Shown: positions 56,092-64,000 of the stretch, in pieces | Layout: every line of letters begins with the position of its first letter | How positions within the stretch are numbered: position 1 is the stretch's first letter | NCBI GenBank assembly: GCA_905178155.1 | Contig: CAJINV010000009.1 | Span: forward strand, 248,001-312,000 | DNA length: 64,000 bases | From: Amoebophrya sp. A120 | Taxonomy: Eukaryota; Protista; Dinoflagellata | Direction: 5' to 3' | Translations under genes and position numbers: made by a program | The notes under the pieces: model-generated | Told to the model about the DNA's origin: nothing | The model's database searches: none | Seen by the model: only the letters and a program-made list of their open reading frames with translations

Positions 56092-59000
56092 ATGGAAGTC
56101 GTCAAGAAGACCCTGGAGTCCGCACAGCGGTTCCTATCCGGGTCATCGAGATCTGCGTCGGCAGAGGCGGACGGCGAAAGGGACATCAGGGCTGCGCCAG
56201 ATCTTGCTGCGGTGACGTTCACAAATGAGCTGATACAGTTGGCAGCTGCAGGAGGGCCGCCGGCCTCGATTGCTGCACCTACCGCGATATCTTTCGGTCG
56301 TAAAACAGCAGCATCTTCTTCCTCCTCTTCCGCAAACAGAGGTCGTTCACCGACGGTTAGGAACCTTTCTTCATTGGACGAGGAGGGTTTTATCTGCACG
56401 CCAGTGGAGAAGGAGCCGAGTCGCTTTTCCGCGACCTCCGGCATTCTGCAGATCAGTGGCCAAGACGAGAGCTCCTGTGGCGCAGCGGACCGCGCAACGT
56501 TGGATTTGTGGTACCAGGACATCATTGACGTCACCCCAAGTTCCTCTGCGTATGACGACTACGACGACGATTCTTTTGGAAAAGAAAAATCGTCCCCTTC
56601 CAAGCCGGGCAGCCCGTTTAGGTACTACAACGAAGAGGAGAACACAGACGGAAATTTTTCCCCGACCAACCGTCTGTCTGCGTTCGGCTCCGGGACGACA
56701 GGCGCGAACGCTGGCAGGGTCGTGTCTCTCCGGTCCTCTGGCCGCACCAGCACGAGCGCGCAGCAGTTCGGCAGTGGGGCGAGCAATTTGCTGAACCAGC
56801 ACAGCAGACTCTCGACGAACGTCTTGGGCGGATCGGGCAGCTCCGTGAAAATTAACACGACCCACCGTCCGAGCACCACGAACTCGGCGCTCCGCAACGC
56901 CGACGCGGCGAACGCGAACAATTTGCTGCACAGCAAATCCAATCCGAACTCCCCCACGATTTCCTCGACGAAGCGCACGAACAAGATGTTCGACCCGTTT
57001 GAGGACTTGACGACCTACAATCTCGACAAAAACAAGGGAACGCCGGTGTCGAACCGCAGCACGTTGACGCCGGGGAGCAACCGGACCGGGAGGACGAGCA
57101 GCGGAAACTTTTCAACGACAACGTCCTTATTCCACACCACCTCGACCGCGTCCTCGCGTCATCTCGAGCGCGTGAGTCTCGGCGACTCGTCAAACTCGCC
57201 GTCGCCGACCGCGTCCCCGGTCGGCAGGACCAAAATCTCTTCCTCGCTCTCGACCGCGAACAAGCTGAACGCAAGCCTGAACAGCACGTCGGCCAGTGGT
57301 ACCGGCTCGAGTGCGTCGAGCAGCTCGGGCAGGGATGAGGTGGTGCGACGAAGTAACAAAACAAGGCTTAGCTACGAGGAAATGCAACAGCAAATGGAAG
57401 AAGGGTGTGCGCTATCAAGGTAAAGTTCTTTCGTAGACAGTTTTAAAAGTAGTTGAACATGATGTTGAGATGTAGGTTCGGTTGTCAAAGAAGTGGAGTT
57501 GCATCTTGATTCCATTTCTACTTAACGTTTACGAATAAATCTAGGTGTCACGGTTGCGTGAGCGAATCAATCTCAAACCAATTTGCTCAATCAGGTTCTA
57601 CGCCGCGGAAATCACGGATCGGCCGGACGAAGCCCCCCACGAGCCACTGGTCGAGTACTACAACGAAAACTTGGAGGTCGTTCCTAAGGCCATTTACGAC
57701 AAGCAAACGGGCCAGAAATTTCAGCAACCGCCGTATAAAATCAAGATTCTGACCGTGGAAATTGTCCCCTCGTCGATCTTGGAGGGGAACTGCACCCCGT
57801 CGCCGAAAGTGAACGGAAGGACGAAGTCAACGTCGCCAACCCGGACGAAGACGGCGTTTCAGGGCGTGATTGAGTCGGAGTTTGGGGCGGAAAAAGTCAA
57901 GAAATTCTTCTTGAAGCTGAAGCCTTCCAAATACGCCGGCAACGGGCCGCAGTCCTTTCACACCAACAACGACAGCTCCATGGCGGTGTGGTGGCACAAG
58001 AAGTTGACCGGGAACGTGCCAAAGGTCCGGGACGACCTCGTGTGCCCGGAAATACCGATCTTAGGCTCGAACCCGCTCGGCACGCTCGCGCACCTGGGCC
58101 AGCCGGGGAACACGCAAATCAATTTGTCCCAGCTGCAGAACACCAATCCGCTCGGGATTCCGCGCGCGAAGCTTTCCGCTCTCGCAAAGCACGAGGCCGT
58201 CGTCCCGGTTGGTGCGCCTAACAAATCCCCGCACATCGGCATCGCCACACTTTTCCGCGGGATGATTGTGCCAAATGCGCTGGAAACGTACCAGCAGCCC
58301 GGGACGTTCGGGAACAGCAAAGACCCCCGCAGCATCTCGGAGCAGGCCAACATGACGTCACCGCTGCACGGAATTCCGAAGATCAAGGTGCCGGTCTGCT
58401 GCAAAAGGAAGCTCTGCAGCGATAAGGAGTTCCACCTGAGGCAAATGATGATCAACTTGCAATCGGTACTGCAACTGATCTACGACTTCACCGGATACGC
58501 CTTCGATTTCATGATCGACAACACGCTGGCTTTCTGCGCCTGCTCCACGACGCGGGAGAAGGAGGAAGGCGTGAGCTACCCGATGATCATGATCAATCTG
58601 CAGCGGATTCCAAACAAATTTGCAGTGCTGGCGCACATCGTCGGACACGAATACGGCCACATCATGCGCGGACACTTACGTATTGATAATTTTTCGCATC
58701 ATAATATTGACGCACCTGTCTCTTCTTGAACAAGCCACAGAGACGTCATATCAAGATGGCAAAGGGAAATTACCTTCTGATGTTTCTCCTCACACTGTAG
58801 TGCCTAGTACTTCTCACATAAATTTGTGTGATCTCTGAATTGAAAATCCAAATCGCAAAAAAAAAAAACAGAACAACAATGCCGGTGTCAATTCGGGCCG
58901 TCCTCCTGGCAGCACAAGATGTTGGAATACGAGGCGGACCAGTTTTCCGCGCTCTTCATCGCCACGATGAACATCGACCCGCGGGAGATTTACCATCATC

Positions 59001-59197
59001 TGGCCAACGACGAGGTCCGGCTTCAACAGTTAAAGCACTTCGTGAACACCTTTTCGACCTACGGCGACAGGAACGAAGGGGCAAATAGCATGCAGTACGG
59101 GTCAAGCACGAGCGGCGGAAGCTCCGGCGCCCCGTCCTCCGCGGACAGCTCCAGTAGCGCCACGGGAATGCAGAGGCTCTACAAAATGTTTACGTAG
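56092..59197 (+). CDS. Zinc metallopeptidase, M48-like gluzincin, with a long Ser-rich N-terminus; exons 56092-57419, 57595-58679, 58872-59197
   Basis: LAHIVGHEYGHIMRGH (HExxH) and downstream EYEADQFS (third ligand ExxAD); GT-AG introns 57420-57594 and 58680-58871 are phase-compatible. Confidence 0.8.
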
Positions 59198-60101
59198 AAG
59201 CGCTTCTGGAAGAACGGCTATAATCTGAGTGCTAGCATACAAAAATCACGTAGACCATCATGAAGAGTCACATGCCGCAAATAAGTATAAGCTAAGGGAT
59301 CGGCATCGCATAGTCATAGACCATTGCATAGTATCAGGGCTGTAAAATATTTTGTTACGCGTTCCGTTTTTTCGATTGTGCTTGCACACAATTAACCACA
59401 TTTTGCAATTGAGACAAATATTAACAAGACACTTCCAAAATCAAATTTACGCGTTTCTGACAAGGTAAAAGTTTCAACAACTCGCTTGCACCACCCCTTT
59501 AGACATATCATCCCCACTAGCAGTACCCCATTTCATCTCATAGGTTCTTACCCAGAAGCATCATTTTTTCGTTGCTGGCACCCTTCCGCCCGGAAGGAAG
59601 CGTGTTAGCGCGCGAACCCTCTCACTTCCACACACATTTTTTTACATATTAGGCGCATATTCATCACGTTACATACTCACCGTTTCGTTTCACCTTAGCG
59701 GGGCTTATGTTTCATCCATATTAAAGACGCATGAAAATCTACATACTCATCTGGACCACGCACGACAGCACAAACGATGGAGTGCTATCGCATGACACGA
59801 CGACGGTTTTGGGTATATTTTTCAAACGTAGAGACGAGGATATCATAAATGCATTTGCGAGTGGCAGCTCGCCTCGCGGAAGAGTATCCGTCCACTTCTG
59901 CGGTTCGTTGGTTTTTCGATACTTGTTCCCACTCAATCTTCTCCTGACTTACTCCGTTCTCTTTCCTTCCGGGATTTCGTGGACACTCTGAGTACTGCTG
60001 GATCAACATGATACATGGATCTACCACTTTTTCGTATCGAATAAAGAATGTAGACAAGAACCACGATCCTCACGAGTAGAACGAGATCAATTAAAGCGAC
60101 A

Positions 60102-60698
60102 ATGGTACTTACAGACACTTGTCTTACAAGAAGCTCGTCGTCATCGTCCACGACTTCTACGGTGCGTGCCGGTTGCCTGGACGGAAACTGCACTGTCTTG
60201 ACGGCATGTTGTAACTCGTCGCCGAGATTGGCTAGTCGTAGCGCGGAAAAGAGAAGAAGAAATCGCAGGCCCGCAAGTATCAAGCTCACGACTCTGTCTC
60301 TGGTCTCGTCAACATCTGCGGCTTTGGTTTTGTTCCATCTAAACAGCTACCCAAGTGGAATCAACACCGCCCTTGCCGCCAGCTGCGAGGAAGGGAACCG
60401 GCTTTCGTCCATCGAGGCCATCAACCTGCAGTGTGACGGCGAGACGCAGATTCCCTGGCCGGAGGGCTTCGGGAACCTTTTGTCTTTGCCCTTCGGGCTC
60501 GACATCGAACAGGCGAAAGAATTCGGAAAGGGGCTGTTCAAGCGGAATTTCATGGAGGTATTCGAACTTAGTGGCGTCACCGGCGACGGGCAGTATCGCT
60601 TCATGCCGAACGTCCGGTGCAAGGGCGAACTGAAGGGGATACACCCCATCGGAAGCAAGGGCGAAGCATGGACCATGGCCATATGGAACGATGCGCAG
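60102..60698 (+). CDS. First exon of a hypothetical secreted/membrane protein (downstream exons not identified)
   Basis: 203-aa ORF with a hydrophobic segment, GC3-rich 3' part and a CAG|GTACTG donor at 60699. Confidence 0.6.
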
Positions 60699-62106
60699 GT
60701 ACTGCAAGGGTGACTCTCGTCTGATATAAAAATCTAGTATCACCGTCGTGAGCTGGAAGCAAATGCTAAATGCTGGTTGTCCTTGACGGCTCCGCATCCG
60801 CGCCCATAAACAAGCAAGGCTATGCATGCAAGGAAGGACATTATCAGCTTTGGCATTGTTATACCCACTCTCAAACACACACATTAACAGGATTGGTGCT
60901 CGACGAAAGACAATAACTGCACGGGCATCATGCAGTTTGTTGGAAACAGCACGGAAAACTGTCATCACTGGTGCGGGACACCGCAGTTCTGCACAAATAT
61001 AGAGCTAGAAGATGATGAGGAGTTGACTATCCCAAGCAACGACTGGAACTTGTGGTACAAAACTAGACCGTAGAAAGTGAAAGTTGGCACCACGAAAGCT
61101 AGGCGCTGATATTTTGGATAATTCAGATGGGTATCGATAGCTGTTGCTGTAGCACGCGGATAGAAACTCCAACAGATTTTTTTGTCGTGCGCGATTGGAT
61201 CGTCTGACTTTGAGTAGAAAAGTAAAGGTTCTCAATTTGTCACGCAGTGCGGAAAACTGTACATTCCTCAAGAACAGCAAGCCAAAACCTGACCCACTGC
61301 TGAAAGTAAACAAGCTCTGTGAGGACCGGAGTCGGACGAGCCGCAGCAGCTCCCTCACATATTGCATGTATAGGAGCAGCTTTTGCTTTACGCACCGTGC
61401 ACTTCTGCGAAAGAACATGTATGTTGCCGACGTATAATTTACTTTCGTGAAGAAGCCACGCGTGGAGCTGTTGTGAGCGATGGAGGGCCGACTGAAAAGA
61501 GCGCTTCGAAGTGCGACAACCAGAGGGATGCAGGGTGTCGGTTCCGCACAACCAGAGCCAGGAAGCAACACGAGTGAAGTCTTCAGCATGGACGTTGCGC
61601 CCATCTTGCCCCTCACTTGCATTTTTCGATGTGTAGACCGTAAATCCTTGTAGCTGAAAACTGCGCTCAACAAGATGTCGGCGCTGTAAGAAATCCCGCT
61701 AGCGGCCAGCGCGGAAGCAGCGTGCGCCGCGCTGTGGTGGACCAGGTGGAATGCAACGCGGAGCGCCAGCGCCTGGCTTGAGAGTATATGAAGTGGCCAG
61801 CTTTCGAGACTGGGCCACCTGGGACAAGGTAGTGCAAGGCATGAATCCCGGAACGCTAGGCGTGAAGTGAATAGCGCAAAACGAACAGGAGCAGTAGAAG
61901 GCAAGGCCCGCCTCTTTCATGGCTCTTCACATTGGCGACACGGTTTTGAGCGAGGCCGTTGAGCTTATCATGCGCGCGAGCATGCAAGACCAAAGCCAAA
62001 CGTAGTCCAGCCTAGCACTATGGAAAAAATATATGTCAGCGTAGACCTGTTTTGCAACAGATGATTATAGTGCACGCACATCCACGATACGTCGATCGAT
62101 TTCAGA

Positions 62107-62143
62107 GCCGTAGCCATTTTGGCTCAAGCCAATTTGGCTCAAG
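62107..62143 (+). other. Genomic full-length dinoflagellate spliced leader (DinoSL) followed by a tandem relic SL
   Basis: GCCGTAGCCATTTTGGCTCAAG (62107-62128) matches DCCGTAGCCATTTTGGCTCAAG exactly; CCAATTTGGCTCAAG (62129-62143) is a 14/15 relic. Confidence 0.93.
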
Positions 62144-63832
62144 GAGCCTAACTTAGTAGAAACCTGTCGAGAGCGGGGCCCTCTGCACGGGGCCCCTGGA
62201 GAGTATGTGTAGGCAGCCGGGTGCAGCCGGCTGCGCCCTAGATTCATTTATGCTACTAGTGAAAGTCACCGCCGCCGCCACCCAAGATGGTTCCATCCGG
62301 CACCACCGTGCAGCTCTGTGACCCGAGGGAGATAGTCACCAACGCCAAACTCCAACCTTCCTCCGGCAGCGTCTAGCGCGAGGCCGTGCAGCAACAAGGG
62401 CAAGCACGACGCGACCGGTGGGGGTTTCTCCCTCCACCGCCAGAGGCAGTGTGGCGCGTGCCGACCTTACCAAGGCCTCCGCGCACCGCCGGAGGATCTT
62501 CGACGACGGACCGTGCCCGAAGCAAGCCGACCGCAGATGGACTAGCTCGTCGTGGTATTTTTTCAGCGAGCGGTGGAGCGTGTACTCGTGGCAAGGAGTC
62601 TCTGCTCGAAGAGCTTCCGCAGGCCGTGATCGTGCGCACTGACTCTGGGCAACTTGTGGCGCCAAAGATTTGTCGTCGGGGGTTTGTATGTGCGTGTGGT
62701 TAAAGTGGAGTATGGATAAATTTAAATTTTCTTTAACTATTGTTTTGTGTTATGCATGGCCTTCTTCTTCGTCTTCATCTCCAACTACGCATATTTTCAT
62801 TTTGAAGTGTTTGTCTAGTTTGCGGATAATTTCGTTGTCGATCCCCGTGAAGCTGTCCTGTCATCGTTCAACAAACTCTCTAATATCAGGTATACGGCGC
62901 GACTGTGCTGGGACGGGGCAAGCGATGGAGCGGCGACGGATAGTTAGAAGTAGAAGTAAAATCACCAAAAGCGCACAGCATAAGTAGTCTTAGTCGTAAA
63001 CTTGCAGTGTTAGCAATTAGCTTTTTGTAGCGCCACCCGTTGCGCCGGGCGAGTAGTTAGCTCCGTAAACGCACTGCGAAGAAGGTAAAGGGATGCTTTT
63101 CTCTATGCCAAAAAAGGCTTAAAATAGTCCATCCCTCACGCTGCCGTTGTGCCGGTGGTCGTGGCGTCGGGCGGAGGTTCGCGGGTGTGCCGGTCGTGCA
63201 CTAGAAACAAAAGTGTGTATAATAGTGCCGTGGCCCTCCTTATATAGTGCCCGTTCGTGTAGTTAGCATTCCGCGTATCGCCCTCCCATAGTTTAGGTTT
63301 TGCATTTGTAGAGACGCCTGCGCGGATCAGGTGCAGTAACCAAGCTCGGCAAGTAGCGCTCCGCGGGGAGGTAGTTTCGTGTAGTATACTATATTGTAAG
63401 GAAAAAAGGTGCGTAGTTCAGTGACCCTTGTTTTTTTGTTTTCAAAAACTACAGTAGAAAGTAAAAGCAAAAAGCACGAAGTTAAGAAGAAGAAGTTCAA
63501 AGCACGGAAAAAAAGAAGCTCACTATGAACTTGGGCAAAAAAGTAGCTTATGCAGCAGGAGTTTGTATGCGCTGCACCCAGCCCCGCCGAGCTACATACG
63601 CGCCCCAGTGGGTTAGAGGAAAAGTCTAGCAGGTCCCTAGGGTAGGAGTTTGATAACTTAGTTTTGTATGCTGGGCAGTTGCTGCTGTCCGGAGGCGTCC
63701 ACACTGCCTGATAGTAGTCGTGTGCCCGTGGCGCATAGCATTGCGTTGTTCCCTGCCCCTGTCTATCGAGCTTTGAGGTAAGAGGCCACCGCCACCGCGC
63801 CCGTAACTAACTACTTAACTAATAATGCGTCG

Positions 63833-63853
63833 AACTGAACTGAACTGAACTGA
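63833..63853 (+). repeat. (GAACT)n microsatellite
   Basis: GAACTGAACTGAACTGAACTG seen directly. Confidence 0.85.
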
Positions 63854-64000
63854 CGAGGCGACGAGTTTAAATGTTTTAAAGCAACATTGGTATGGTCAGG
63901 AGGCGAATGCGATACTCTAGATCATACCGAATGCCAAGTCTACCTTGTCGCAGCTGCTATGGTCATGCCTTTTCGGGTCATAAAGTACTGGAAGAGAGTC

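Noticed and set aside
62107-62170. SL RNA gene
   Set aside because: The SL is followed by a relic SL rather than a GT donor and SL intron.

Overview
Eukaryotic, gene-dense DNA from a dinoflagellate-lineage organism. A perfect 22-nt dinoflagellate spliced leader sits at 62107-62128, and all ~16 protein genes lie on the + strand. The mix of GT-AG and non-canonical, inverted-repeat-bounded introns best fits the syndinian parasite Amoebophrya (inference). The main signal is a set of MITE-like 'introner' elements, ~250-390 bp, with TAT...ATA termini, terminal inverted repeats (TIRs) and 5-bp target-site duplications (TSDs). Eight interrupt coding exons, and in each case removing the element plus 5 nt restores the reading frame. 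A ninth is nested in a repeat whose second copy shows the empty site. Two copies of one family sit in opposite orientations in same-strand genes. One copy has grown to 3.1 kb through nested insertions with 17-20 bp duplications, yet still joins exons in frame. Recognisable genes: a 7-exon FkbM-family methyltransferase, a 1860-aa non-canonical poly(A) polymerase/TUTase-like protein, a membrane-anchored U-box protein, an SLC25 carrier, IFT25 and an M48-like metallopeptidase. Also present are three tandem type I membrane proteins, a Cys-rich repeat protein, several hypothetical proteins and a probable decayed DIRS-like retroelement. All gene models were spliced by hand and need RNA-seq confirmation.
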